In this document: positions 40,219 to 49,814 of the stretch, piece after piece
Layout of the letters: each line of letters begins with the position of its first letter
How positions within the stretch are numbered: the stretch's first letter is position 1
IMG/VR virus record: IMGVR_UViG_3300046167_000798
Strand: one strand, 5' to 3'
Length of the DNA: 64,000 nt
DNA from: a virus
Taxonomy: Duplodnaviria > Caudoviricetes
Position numbers and translations under genes: made by a program
Notes under the pieces: generated by a model
The model's database searches: none
What the model was told of the DNA's origin: nothing
The model's input: the letters and a program-made list of their open reading frames with translations, nothing else

Positions 40219-40883
40219 TACGCATAATTTTGTAATAACCTTAGTATCTCATCTAAAGATTCATGTCTGTGGTTATCTAATAGATTAACTGAGTAAACAT
40301 ATTTAGATTCTTTAACCTTTGGTACTTCATGTATAGCGGAATCATTAGCAAACTTTAAATCAATTTGTTGAGGGTCTCCACAAAGAATCATAGTAGAACC
40401 TTTACCTAATCTACCCAATACCATACTAAGTTGTTGTTTAGTTAAGTTTTGAAACTCATCTACAATGACACAAGCATTATCAAATGTTCTACCTCTAAAG
40501 TGAGATAAAGATACCAACTCAATCTTTTCATCTGCTTCCATCTTTTGTAAAATGGCAGGTTTGTTATAAACCTTTCTCATATTAGAACGAATTGGAACTA
40601 ACCAAGGCTCCATCTTCTCATCAAGTGAACCAGGTAGGTATCCATTATCCTCGTTTGATACGGTTGGTCTTGTTATAATGATTTGGTTTATCTTTCGTTG
40701 AAAGTACATATCTAATCCAATTTGTACTGCAAGTAATGTTTTTCCACTTCCTGCTTTTCCAAGAACAAAGTTATAAGGATGATATAAGATATTTGTCTTA
40801 GCCATCTTTTGTTCTTCTGATAATGATATTGAAAATCTAACCTTTCCCTTTGGTGGGTTTTTGCTAATGTTTTCTGTTGCCAT
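40218..40883 (-). CDS. phoH: PhoH-family ATPase
   Basis: GKAGSGKT, IIITRP, GYLPG...KMEPW, RGRTF, IVDEFQN, GRLG, CGDPQQID. Confidence 0.93.
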   Translation of the reverse strand: MATENISKNPPKGKVRFSISLSEEQKMAKTNILYHPYNFVLGKAGSGKTLLAVQIGLDMYFQRKINQIIITRPTVSNEDNGYLPGSLDEKMEPWLVPIRSNMRKVYNKPAILQKMEADEKIELVSLSHFRGRTFDNACVIVDEFQNLTKQQLSMVLGRLGKGSTMILCGDPQQIDLKFANDSAIHEVPKVKESKYVYSVNLLDNHRHESLDEILRLLQNYA

Positions 40884-40904
40884 TTTTTTCTCTTTCTTTT
40901 TATT

Positions 40905-41540
40905 TTAAATTAACTGTTGTTTTCTAAAACTAGAATATACATTAACTATTGGTATATTATATTTTAATAATACTGCAGTTAGTGCACTTCCTTCACCATA
41001 ACCAATTCCATGTCTACTGTACCTATTTAGTTTTTCGTTCTTCCATGTTCGGTTACCAAAATTACGTTCTACAATAGATTGTAATTCTATTATATCTTTT
41101 TTTATATTTTCAAAATCAGTTGTATATGGTAAAGATATTAATGCTTCTTGAACATATATATCTGATTCGTTTTTTATATTTAAATGATTATGTATTTCTT
41201 TTCTTGTTGATTCAAATACATTTGATAAATGTATCGGAGTTGATGTTATATTATATACATAACAAGATTTATCATCATAATCTATGTTGCCATAATATTG
41301 TAATTTATCTACATCAATATAAGTAATTCTTTTTCTTTTTGATTCCATTAAATCCATTAAGAATATCAACTTATCATAATAACTGAATTCTTTCTTTTTA
41401 TATTCGTATGTATCAGAAATGAACCATTCACTACAATCAGTTAATATATTTGTTTTTTTAAAGTTATTAAAAGTTATAATATCTTTCTTCCAATCAAACA
41501 CCAATTCCTTTCCTACACACAATGTTGCAAACTCCATCAT
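40905..41540 (-). CDS. Glycosyltransferase-like hypothetical protein
   Basis: FSYYDKL...ITYIDVD (DxD-like motif). Confidence 0.4.
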   Translation of the reverse strand: MMEFATLCVGKELVFDWKKDIITFNNFKKTNILTDCSEWFISDTYEYKKKEFSYYDKLIFLMDLMESKRKRITYIDVDKLQYYGNIDYDDKSCYVYNITSTPIHLSNVFESTRKEIHNHLNIKNESDIYVQEALISLPYTTDFENIKKDIIELQSIVERNFGNRTWKNEKLNRYSRHGIGYGEGSALTAVLLKYNIPIVNVYSSFRKQQLI

Positions 41541-42031
41541 ATTAAACTTTCTTTTCTAGGATACCAAACTACTAATACAGTTCGGGTTCCTTTTGTTATT
41601 GGAGTTACTTCATGTGGAGATACACTTCCATTATATCTTGCAACATCTCCTCTGTTTCTGAATTGTGTTAGTTCATCATTTAAATGAAAATCTCCTCCCT
41701 CGTATTCATCTTTTAATATTATTACAAATGTATCTGCTGAATTTGTATCTCTATGTCTATTTGAGTATGCTCCAACATTATAATTGAACGTATGTATTGT
41801 TATTGGAATTATATTTTCTATTCCTAAAATATCAGATAAAGCTTTATTTAAATCTTCATTAGTAGTTGAATAATATTCTATTTCAATATTAGGTAATACT
41901 GAATGTCTGTGTTCGTAAATGTGTTCTTGAATTGGTGTTAACTTTCCTTCTTGATTATTCTCTGTTTTACTTGTGGTACTAATCAATTTTTCTAATACAC
42001 AAACTTCTTCTTCTGATATTTTGTAAATCAT
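41537..42031 (-). CDS. 2OG-Fe(II) oxygenase
   Basis: HRD (HxD), YEGGDF, HEVTPITKGTRTVLVVW. Confidence 0.85.
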   Translation of the reverse strand: MIYKISEEEVCVLEKLISTTSKTENNQEGKLTPIQEHIYEHRHSVLPNIEIEYYSTTNEDLNKALSDILGIENIIPITIHTFNYNVGAYSNRHRDTNSADTFVIILKDEYEGGDFHLNDELTQFRNRGDVARYNGSVSPHEVTPITKGTRTVLVVWYPRKESLI

Positions 42032-42543
42032 AATAAATTATTTATGTAAGTAGCTCCACAATTAAAGTTTAATCTAATAGGTGCTTTGTTCCACTTATCT
42101 ACATAAGCATATCCATAATCAGTTCTACTCATTACTTTCTGAATACAATATGCGTATAACTGATATCCTGCGTTTCTTGGTACAACTTTTTTAATTACAT
42201 ATGTTCCACCTGAATAGTTTGAGTTTGGTGTTGGTAAATCTTTTACTTTTTCAATCCAATCATATGTTAAGAAATCACAAGTCCAAAACCAACCACATAC
42301 TTCTCCTTTAAAATATTGTATAAAACAAGAACACCCAACATCAAATCTTTTTTTAAGATTATCAATATCAGGTCTATCTTTCCAATCGGATAGTGTTTCA
42401 TTAATACTATCGATTATTTTCAATAAATCTTTTTCTTGGGAATATTCAGAAATCTCGATGTAAGAGTATCTATCATCAAGGTCACAAGGCATTTTGAAGT
42501 CAGGTGCAAAGATTCGCATCTGAACATATTCATCTTTATTCAT
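42028..42543 (-). CDS. GNAT-family acetyltransferase-like protein
   Basis: VCGWFW, YVIK...RNAGYQL, YVDKWNKAPIRL. Late motif at 42566-42573. Confidence 0.6.
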   Translation of the reverse strand: MNKDEYVQMRIFAPDFKMPCDLDDRYSYIEISEYSQEKDLLKIIDSINETLSDWKDRPDIDNLKKRFDVGCSCFIQYFKGEVCGWFWTCDFLTYDWIEKVKDLPTPNSNYSGGTYVIKKVVPRNAGYQLYAYCIQKVMSRTDYGYAYVDKWNKAPIRLNFNCGATYINNLL

Positions 42544-42580
42544 AGTAACAGTATTAGTTGTTACTTATAAATATAGTTTA

Positions 42581-42724
42581 TTAAGAATGTTTACTTACAA
42601 ATGAAGTTAAAAATTTTGCTAAAATAGAATCAACTCTACTATCTTCTGTTGAAGATAATGCATAAGATGGTCGATTCTTAATATCACTAAATTTTACTTT
42701 TTTATATATTTCTGGCTTTATCAT
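42581..42724 (-). CDS. Small protein, 47 aa
   Basis: MIKPEIYKKVKFSDIKNRPSYALSSTEDSRVDSILAKILTSFVSKHS starts 1 nt after the Hint-protein stop. Confidence 0.65.
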   Translation of the reverse strand: MIKPEIYKKVKFSDIKNRPSYALSSTEDSRVDSILAKFLTSFVSKHS

Positions 42725-42725
42725 A

Positions 42726-45035
42726 TTATTTGTTGTGTACTATTATTCCGTTAGCAATATATGAATGTAACGCATCTACTGTTATGTTATAAACTCGTTC
42801 ATCTTTATCAGAACGAACTATTCTTATATCTTCAATTTTTATCCATTCACCATCTTTGTTAATTTCATCTCCAACTTTTAAAACCTTTGGTTCTTGTCCA
42901 GAAGCATATGGTTCTTGCTCTGGATAGGGTACTAATGATTTCCAACCTTCTTTGGTTAAGAATGGATGTTCTGGTGTGAACTCTATTTTAGTATCATTAA
43001 TTGTATATAGTGATGGCTCGTCTCCTAATGATTTACAAGCATCAGCATGAGAATCAACAGTATGTCTGTGGTCTGTTGCGGTTACGATAGAGGATTGTAT
43101 TGATTCACCATTCCATCCTAAAACAGAATCTCCAACAATAATATCTTCAATTGATTTTACATCACCATTAGATAATGATATTTCAGTTCCTGCTGCGAAG
43201 CAAGTGATGAACTTATTGTGTACCAATATATCTTCAGCAAAGAAGTTGTGATTATCACCAACACTTAAAAGATTATAAACAGTAATTTCTTTTTCTATAA
43301 GTTCGATAGAATTTACTAGGTGTTTATCTAATAGGGATGTTCCATTAAACTTCCAACATACATCACCATCAATTAACTTACCAGCAATTACCCATTCCTG
43401 TCCTTCTACATAAAAAGGATGTTCAAATGTTGTGGTAATTTTAGAACCATCTTTGAAAGTTATAATTACTCCTTCAGTTGATTTAGATTCTTTAACATCT
43501 CCAACGATTGCTTCTTCATGTATATCTTCTTCTAAATTAAAAGAAAGTACTACATCTCCTTTAGCTATATCTTCTATATTTTTTACTTCATCATCGTTTA
43601 TTCTAATTTGTGTACCTGCAACAAAACAGTTGTGAACAATTGGTGTATAGTTACCTACTGAAGATGATATAATGTAACTATCAATTTCTTCAATATCACT
43701 ATCAGCCATCCAAACATCATGGTCTGCAACTGCCATGTATGATGAACTAACCTGAACCAATGTATTATCAGTACTTACTATGAAATGGTCTTGTGTTAAA
43801 TCACCAGCCTGTTCATATTTGATTTCATTTGATGATGTGTTATATACTAATACAGCAAATTCATCTGATGTTAGAATTTGGTCGTTATTCATTAAGTTAA
43901 CTTCAGCAAATAGATTATATGGTGATTGAAATGTATCATGTGATTGAACCTGTGATGCAGATATAATCGAACCATCTGGTAATGTATCTCCTGATGATGT
44001 CCAATTAATAAAATCATCAAGGCTATCTCCATCAGGTAAACCAGGAATATAAAATCCTTTTATACTTTGTGATACACTAAGGTCTGATAATAGTACTGGA
44101 TTATTAGAACTATCAATCATTGAATGAGAAACAAATATACCTGATTTTTTATTTTGCAGATAATTAGTTCCAAACTCAAATGAGTGCTTTACATTAAGTA
44201 TGTTTACTACATTTGATTCAGAATAATCCTCTTGAAATCTTTGTTCATCCGACTGTGGTATTGTAAAGTTACTTTCTACTTTATATCTTCCTATATTTAC
44301 AATTTTTAATCCACTATCAGAATATAATATATCGTAACTTCTAATAGATTGTACTTTTTCATTATCTACTTGAGCTTCATTGTAGTGAAACTTTTCAACA
44401 TGGAATACTGATAAATCAAGTGTATCAATTAAGTTCTGATATCTTTGTGCATCTGTTGCTCCATCTTGTATTCCTAAGAATCCAAACTGAACTGGCATTT
44501 GTGCCCATGTTGCCTTTATTACAACATCTGGTAAATGGTTGTCATCATTTACACTTGAACTTAATAACCCATCGGATTCATAAGCACTTGAAGATGCATA
44601 ATATTCTGGTACCATTGCCGAAGCAGTATATTCATGAAATAAGTTTAATAATTTTGTTTTAGATTTAGCATAAGTTGAATCAAATATAGCAGATTCATCA
44701 TATGCCAATCTTAGTATAAATTTTTCAGAAGAATCTTCTACAACATCAGGATAGATATCATAGGTTCTTTCTTTCTGTAATGTTACTGATGTAATAAAAG
44801 TTGCGTTTGATTCTATATCAGATTGTAGATATTCTACAAAGTTTTCTTGAAATTCTTTATAAATTATAGTAACATTTGTAATACTATTTGTGCTCCAAAT
44901 AGCATATAAATCTGTAAAGTCGTATCTAGTGTCAAATGTATTTGATGTAAATCCTGTATCGGTGTTTACCTCTACCAATCGTAATTCACTATTGGTATCG
45001 ATTACATAATCACTTGAAAATAATGTTCCCTTCAT
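42726..45035 (-). CDS. Permuted ATP-grasp-like domain fused to three tandem Hint (intein-like) domains
   Basis: N-terminal SDYVID...LVEVNTD, then VIKA, VEKF, IRSY. Hint1 44141-43629 (G..IVHN), Hint2 43628-43215 (CFVAGT..TFEH..VHN), Hint3 43202-42732 (CFAAGT..TPEH..VHN). Confidence 0.75.
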   Translation of the reverse strand: MKGTLFSSDYVIDTNSELRLVEVNTDTGFTSNTFDTRYDFTDLYAIWSTNSITNVTIIYKEFQENFVEYLQSDIESNATFITSVTLQKERTYDIYPDVVEDSSEKFILRLAYDESAIFDSTYAKSKTKLLNLFHEYTASAMVPEYYASSSAYESDGLLSSSVNDDNHLPDVVIKATWAQMPVQFGFLGIQDGATDAQRYQNLIDTLDLSVFHVEKFHYNEAQVDNEKVQSIRSYDILYSDSGLKIVNIGRYKVESNFTIPQSDEQRFQEDYSESNVVNILNVKHSFEFGTNYLQNKKSGIFVSHSMIDSSNNPVLLSDLSVSQSIKGFYIPGLPDGDSLDDFINWTSSGDTLPDGSIISASQVQSHDTFQSPYNLFAEVNLMNNDQILTSDEFAVLVYNTSSNEIKYEQAGDLTQDHFIVSTDNTLVQVSSSYMAVADHDVWMADSDIEEIDSYIISSSVGNYTPIVHNCFVAGTQIRINDDEVKNIEDIAKGDVVLSFNLEEDIHEEAIVGDVKESKSTEGVIITFKDGSKITTTFEHPFYVEGQEWVIAGKLIDGDVCWKFNGTSLLDKHLVNSIELIEKEITVYNLLSVGDNHNFFAEDILVHNKFITCFAAGTEISLSNGDVKSIEDIIVGDSVLGWNGESIQSSIVTATDHRHTVDSHADACKSLGDEPSLYTINDTKIEFTPEHPFLTKEGWKSLVPYPEQEPYASGQEPKVLKVGDEINKDGEWIKIEDIRIVRSDKDERVYNITVDALHSYIANGIIVHNK

Positions 45036-45066
45036 ATCGGTTGTTCCTGTTGTATATGGATGTTCT

Positions 45067-45432
45067 TTATATAAATATACCCTTTTTTGATTTTGATTTG
45101 TCTTTTGGAGTATTATGATTAAGTTTAGTTTCGTATTTTACAATCTTAGAGCACATTTCATAATTTTCTGTATTCGTAAACCATTTTTTTGATTCACTTA
45201 AGAAATCTTGATATTGTGTTTTTGGTATAGATAATAAAGCATTCATATGTGGATGAGCCATAAAAACTACATTTGGCCAATCTAAATCTATTGCCTTAAA
45301 TACTTCAGGTGTTATTTGTTTAAATATAGAATCACCTCTTGAATTTAGAAATCTTTTTACTCTTGGAGATGCTCCTTCATATATAAGATATCGTTTCCAA
45401 CTTAATGTATTAAATGATTTTCCTTTTTGCAT
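45067..45432 (-). CDS. Hypothetical protein with a UVR-like C-terminal helix
   Basis: WFTNTENYEMCSKI. Confidence 0.5.
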   Translation of the reverse strand: MQKGKSFNTLSWKRYLIYEGASPRVKRFLNSRGDSIFKQITPEVFKAIDLDWPNVVFMAHPHMNALLSIPKTQYQDFLSESKKWFTNTENYEMCSKIVKYETKLNHNTPKDKSKSKKGIFI

Positions 45433-46482
45433 TTATACTCTCCTTTCTTTTCTCCCAAATAAACCTCTTCTTCCTATGTTATCATCATCATTATCATCAA
45501 CAATAGTTGGTGGGGGAGATATTACTGTGGTTCTTGGTGCTTCTGTAACAGACTTATTTGTTTCGGTTTGAATTGGAGTATTAGTTACTATTGGTGTATC
45601 ATTTGCTTCTCCTGATTCTATCTGTGCATCTATATCATCTTGTAATGGAAATCCAAGTTTATCATTTATATTTATAGAGTTATCTAATATACCAGCAGAT
45701 ATTTCATCATAAGTATCAACATCCATAGTACTTAACTCTTGAGCATCTATTATCTGTATTTCAGTACTAGTGTTATCAACTAAGTAATCTATATATCTTA
45801 ATACATCCTCAATTGTGGTTATCGTATCACTAATCTCTACTTGTGCATAATCTTCAGGTATACTAAATTTGGGTGATTTAGCATAATTTCCTATTAAAGA
45901 TAATGGTAATTGCATAATAGTTACAGTATCTATGTTAACGTATGGGTTTGTAGATTGTGAGTATGCATCAAGTTCTCTTTTAAATTTATCAGATGTCCAT
46001 TTAGAATTAACCTCCCCATCATCATCAACAAAATGTATAACAAATCTAAATGAAGAATCATCTAACACATTAACATCTTTATGAGAGTTAGGAGTAAATT
46101 GAATTGAGTTACCCTTAAACTTTCCATTATATTGGATTGACCCACCACTTGATTTATAAGAATCAGTAGGTTGTTTTTCTAAGTCAGCAAAAGGATAGTT
46201 GTTTCTTAAAGAACCAAATATATCTTTTTTTGTATATACCTTAGTATCAACAGTACTAGTTCCTTTAAATGGAGCAGGAAGTGATTCATCAAATCTTACA
46301 CCTCCCAATTCTTCCATCCTTAAATTAGATACACCAGTAATTGCATCAAAAGATTCTTCGGAAGTTTCTTTTACCGTTTCGTTTGCTGTTTCTACTATAT
46401 TAATAGGCTTAACAGTATTACTCGGTTTAGGTACTGAGCTTCTCTTTTTAAATATAGGGATTAGATTTGGTCCTTTTTCCAT
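45433..46482 (-). CDS. Hypothetical late protein
   Basis: 349 aa, TATTTATA at 46486-46493. Confidence 0.6.
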   Translation of the reverse strand: MEKGPNLIPIFKKRSSVPKPSNTVKPINIVETANETVKETSEESFDAITGVSNLRMEELGGVRFDESLPAPFKGTSTVDTKVYTKKDIFGSLRNNYPFADLEKQPTDSYKSSGGSIQYNGKFKGNSIQFTPNSHKDVNVLDDSSFRFVIHFVDDDGEVNSKWTSDKFKRELDAYSQSTNPYVNIDTVTIMQLPLSLIGNYAKSPKFSIPEDYAQVEISDTITTIEDVLRYIDYLVDNTSTEIQIIDAQELSTMDVDTYDEISAGILDNSININDKLGFPLQDDIDAQIESGEANDTPIVTNTPIQTETNKSVTEAPRTTVISPPPTIVDDNDDDNIGRRGLFGRKERRV

Positions 46483-46493
46483 ACCTATAAATA

Positions 46494-46682
46494 TTATAGA
46501 TATAAATTGTCAAGATTTTTTTCGATTGTAATTTCTTTATATGCCTGTTCTATTGCACCATGAAAGTCTAAGGTACGGTCTTGTTCTCTTAGTTCCCTAG
46601 ATAAACCAAGTACCTCATCCCTTATACCAAGTGAGTGGGATTTATACAATAATTCTTCTGTATATTTTTCTGATGTTGACAT
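46494..46682 (-). CDS. Small hypothetical protein
   Basis: 62-aa ORF. Confidence 0.55.
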   Translation of the reverse strand: MSTSEKYTEELLYKSHSLGIRDEVLGLSRELREQDRTLDFHGAIEQAYKEITIEKNLDNLYL

Positions 46683-46709
46683 GATAAAAGATTCTTATAC
46701 TAATAAGTA

Positions 46710-47168
46710 TTACAATCCGCCATATTCATCATCATAAAACTGAATATTTATTCCAGCTTCTTCTAACATTGAGAAACTTCTGTGATAGTTCTCTTCCCAA
46801 TGTTTGCCTTTAGTAGTAACACCTCGTTCACAAAAGATTCTTGTGATACCAGCATTTATGATTCCTCTTGCACAATCTGAACAAGGGATTCCACAACTAA
46901 GATACATAGTAGTTCCTTTAGTAGATACTCCTATTCTTGCTGCGTTATAGATAGCGTTTCTTTCTGCGTGTTCAAACCAAAAGTATTTTTCTGGTCTTTG
47001 TTGTCTTTCTCGTAGGTTATCTTTTAATCCCCTTGGGAATGAATTATATCCCGTAGATACAATTTCCTTATCTTTACCAACAATGATTGCACCGATTTGT
47101 GTACTCTCATCTTTGGATTTAAGTTTGACTGTGTGAGCCAATGTTCTAAAGTATTCTACCCATCTCAT
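46710..47168 (-). CDS. dCMP deaminase
   Basis: QIGAIIV, TGYNSFPRG, HAERNAI, PCSDCARGII. Confidence 0.92.
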   Translation of the reverse strand: MRWVEYFRTLAHTVKLKSKDESTQIGAIIVGKDKEIVSTGYNSFPRGLKDNLRERQQRPEKYFWFEHAERNAIYNAARIGVSTKGTTMYLSCGIPCSDCARGIINAGITRIFCERGVTTKGKHWEENYHRSFSMLEEAGINIQFYDDEYGGL

Positions 47169-47177
47169 ATTATATAA

Positions 47178-47381
47178 TTATACTTGTTCCCATTTTATAT
47201 CTTCTATTATTTCACAAAACCAATAATTTCCTTCTCTTTGTACTTTGAAGGCTGTATCAACACCTAACCATTCTTTTATCAGATTAACATTCTTACATCT
47301 TTCAATCGGTATAATTGCATGAACAATATATGGTGTGTTATTAATATATCTTATCGGTCTTTTATACGAAGGGAATCTCAT
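47178..47381 (-). CDS. Small hypothetical protein
   Basis: 67-aa ORF. Confidence 0.55.
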   Translation of the reverse strand: MRFPSYKRPIRYINNTPYIVHAIIPIERCKNVNLIKEWLGVDTAFKVQREGNYWFCEIIEDIKWEQV

Positions 47382-47555
47382 TTTTTATATTCATCATAAA
47401 AATTCTTGGCCATTACACCAATCATTATAATTCCCCAAGATTCTAATAAGTTTAAATTTAAATTAACTGATTGAGAAAAATGAGATATTGCTACCGCTAT
47501 TAATATAAAAAGAATATTTCCTATTATTAAGTTTTTCATAATTTATTATATTTTG

Positions 47556-47629
47556 AGCCTTTGGAGGGACTCGAACCCACGACCTGTTGATTACAAATCA
47601 ACTGCTCTAGCCAGCTGAGCTACAAAGGC
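47556..47629 (-). tRNA. tRNA-Thr(TGT)
   Basis: GCCTTTGTAGCTCAGCTGGCTAGAGCAGTTGATT-TGT-AATCAACAGGTCGTGGGTTCGAGTCCCTCCAAAGGCT. Confidence 0.93.
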
Positions 47630-47635
47630 TTAGTT

Positions 47636-48013
47636 TTATAGTTTTCTTAACTTTTTAATTTCTTGTTTGGTAATAGAACCTATTTTATTACCTACTTGTA
47701 TAAATACAATCTCTGTATCAAACGAGTATTTATCTAATCGGTATGAATCTTCTACTATCTCATAATCGTTTTTACCACTAATCTTTTTTAGATTAGGAAT
47801 AAACTTAGTTTGGAATTCTTTTTTTGTAATTGTAAGTTTTCCAAATGATTTAGTTAGTACACCACCAATATAAGTTCCATCAGAATTTTGGTCCTCAAAT
47901 GTAATTACTACGTTACCACTATCCGTTGATAACCTAAAATTCTCCCCAACAAAGTTTTGTGAACTAAGTAAGGAAGAAGTTAGAAGTAATATAAATAAGA
48001 ATACCTTATTCAT
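47636..48013 (-). CDS. Secreted hypothetical protein
   Basis: Signal peptide MNKVFLFILLLTSSLLSS. Confidence 0.6.
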   Translation of the reverse strand: MNKVFLFILLLTSSLLSSQNFVGENFRLSTDSGNVVITFEDQNSDGTYIGGVLTKSFGKLTITKKEFQTKFIPNLKKISGKNDYEIVEDSYRLDKYSFDTEIVFIQVGNKIGSITKQEIKKLRKL

Positions 48014-48528
48014 TATCCAATATGTTTTTTAACTTTTGAATTACCAAATAGTAAATATAAACTCCATACTAATGATACCAATAAACATACTATGTAAATA
48101 GGACTTTCCAAAGGACTTACAAATGGTGCTTGGTTTTCCAAATCAAAATTCGCTCCACTATTAGGATTTAATCCCTCTACTACAAATGATAATAAAAATG
48201 TTAGTACAGTTAGTAATGTTGCTTTGTTAGGAAAGAATGCGTTGATTCTTTTATAAGTTGTTGCTAGTGAAAACCATATCATTGGTATAACTAATAACGC
48301 TCCTAATAAAACAAGAATACCGGCTAATAATCCATTACCACCTGCTGTCATTATTCCTATTCCTATTCCAATAAGAATTCCGATTGGAATAATAAATAAT
48401 AGTAATGCTAATCCTCTAAGGAAATAGTCTGTTCCATTGATGGTATTTTTGAATTGAAAGTACTTACCAAACTTCTCTTTTAATTTACTCATAATTGTGT
48501 TTTTAAAATCAGTAGTTATTACTACCAT
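48013..48528 (-). CDS. DUF805-like membrane protein
   Basis: GTINGTDYF...SLATTYKRIN; multiple TM helices. Confidence 0.6.
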   Translation of the reverse strand: MVVITTDFKNTIMSKLKEKFGKYFQFKNTINGTDYFLRGLALLLFIIPIGILIGIGIGIMTAGGNGLLAGILVLLGALLVIPMIWFSLATTYKRINAFFPNKATLLTVLTFLLSFVVEGLNPNSGANFDLENQAPFVSPLESPIYIVCLLVSLVWSLYLLFGNSKVKKHIG

Positions 48529-48545
48529 TATGACTCATGTCATTG

Positions 48546-48619
48546 TGGAGGATATCGGATTCGAACCGATGACCCCTACGGTGCAAGCGTAGTGCTCTAG
48601 CCAACTGAGCTAATCCCCC
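48546..48619 (-). tRNA. tRNA-Ala(TGC)
   Basis: GGGGGATTAGCTCAG...CTACGCT-TGC-ACCGTAG...GGTTCGAATCC...ATCCTCCA, with the G3:U70 pair present. Confidence 0.95.
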
Positions 48620-48623
48620 TTTT

Positions 48624-48709
<86 letters not shown>

Positions 48710-48716
48710 TATCATA

Positions 48717-49052
48717 TTAAAAATTCTGTCTTAATGCAAAGAAATCATCTCTCATCTGTTGAACTTCTTTTAATAACTTATCATTGGTTATTGGAATCTT
48801 TTTTGTAATATCTTCTGTTAATTTTTCCAACTTCGATTGAGTATCGTTTTCAATATGTAATTGTAACTCCATTATCATTGTGTGGATTTTATCCAAATCA
48901 GAACCATGTTTTCTGGTTGTTTCAATATAGTATTTCGAAACTCTATTGTTAGTTTCATTGTGTAAATCGTTTACTCTTTTTTGTAATTTATATACCCCTC
49001 TTGCTAATAAGATACATGAGATAGATAAAAGTACTATTGCTAATATAATCAT
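48717..49052 (-). CDS. Membrane-anchored coiled-coil protein
   Basis: N-terminal hydrophobic helix. Confidence 0.55.
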   Translation of the reverse strand: MIILAIVLLSISCILLARGVYKLQKRVNDLHNETNNRVSKYYIETTRKHGSDLDKIHTMIMELQLHIENDTQSKLEKLTEDITKKIPITNDKLLKEVQQMRDDFFALRQNF

Positions 49053-49065
49053 AATTTTAATTTTG

Positions 49066-49137
49066 TACTCGGTAGGGGAATCGAACCCCTCTTACCAGGA
49101 TGAAAACCTGAGGTCCTAACCGATAGACGAACCGAGC
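49066..49137 (-). tRNA. tRNA-Glu(TTC)
   Basis: GCTCGGTTCGTCTATCGGTTAGGACCTCAGGTT-TTC-ATCCTGGTAAGAGGGGTTCGATTCCCCTACCGAGTA. Confidence 0.92.
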
Positions 49138-49607
49138 ATAAGTTTCTTTTCAGAATATCTAAATGAAAACTTTAATAGATAACTGAAAAATAAATCTCCT
49201 AATATAGAGTTTATAAAGAAAGGTATTGCCATTGTATAACAAAGTAAAAATCCTTCTATTGTTTTTGGATAACCACCTAACCAAACTCCAAAGTTGGTGA
49301 TAATAAAAAAGATAAGAGATGATATAAATACATTCTTAACTTGTATCTTCTTCCAATATAATCCTAATAAACTAATTAAGAAGAATGAACTATATACCCA
49401 TATCGATATAGAATAGAATCCTAAATATAAATCAGATATTCCCATTGCAATAATAGGTAATAATAACCCAAACCATTTATTTCTAAATGTTGTTGAACCA
49501 AATAATGCTAATGCCGTTATTGGTGTAAAGTTTGGTGGATGTGGTATTAATCGTATCACAACTGCAAACAATAAAAATCCTATAATAAGTAACTCTCTTT
49601 TATTCAT
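49116..49607 (-). CDS. DUF6580-like putative membrane transporter (ECF S-component-like)
   Basis: RLIPHPPNFTPITALALFG, AMGISDLYLGFY, SSLIFFIITNFGVW, YTMAIPFF. The last 22 nt overlap tRNA-Glu. Confidence 0.7.
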   Translation of the reverse strand: MNKRELLIIGFLLFAVVIRLIPHPPNFTPITALALFGSTTFRNKWFGLLLPIIAMGISDLYLGFYSISIWVYSSFFLISLLGLYWKKIQVKNVFISSLIFFIITNFGVWLGGYPKTIEGFLLCYTMAIPFFINSILGDLFFSYLLKFSFRYSEKKLMLGSSIG

Positions 49608-49628
49608 TATATATAAGTATATATTATT

Positions 49629-49814
49629 TTAATAATTGTCAGGATACCAATCATCATAGGTATCTTTATTTTTATGTTTTGATTTTCGTTTAAAATCTTT
49701 TTTAGATTTCTGTACTTTCTCAGTCATCTTCTTTCCAATATGATGAGAAGCTTCACCATACGACATATCATCCCAAGTTAATTTTTCTTGATATTTTTTA
49801 TTTTTTCGTTTCAT
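49629..49814 (-). CDS. Small basic protein
   Basis: 61 aa, Lys/Arg-rich. Confidence 0.55.
   Translation of the reverse strand: MKRKNKKYQEKLTWDDMSYGEASHHIGKKMTEKVQKSKKDFKRKSKHKNKDTYDDWYPDNY

Noticed and set aside
42726-43628. Hint domains as ordinary mobile inteins
   Set aside because: There is no homing endonuclease, Hint2 and Hint3 have +1 Lys rather than Cys/Ser/Thr, and Hint3 has only a one-residue C-extein.
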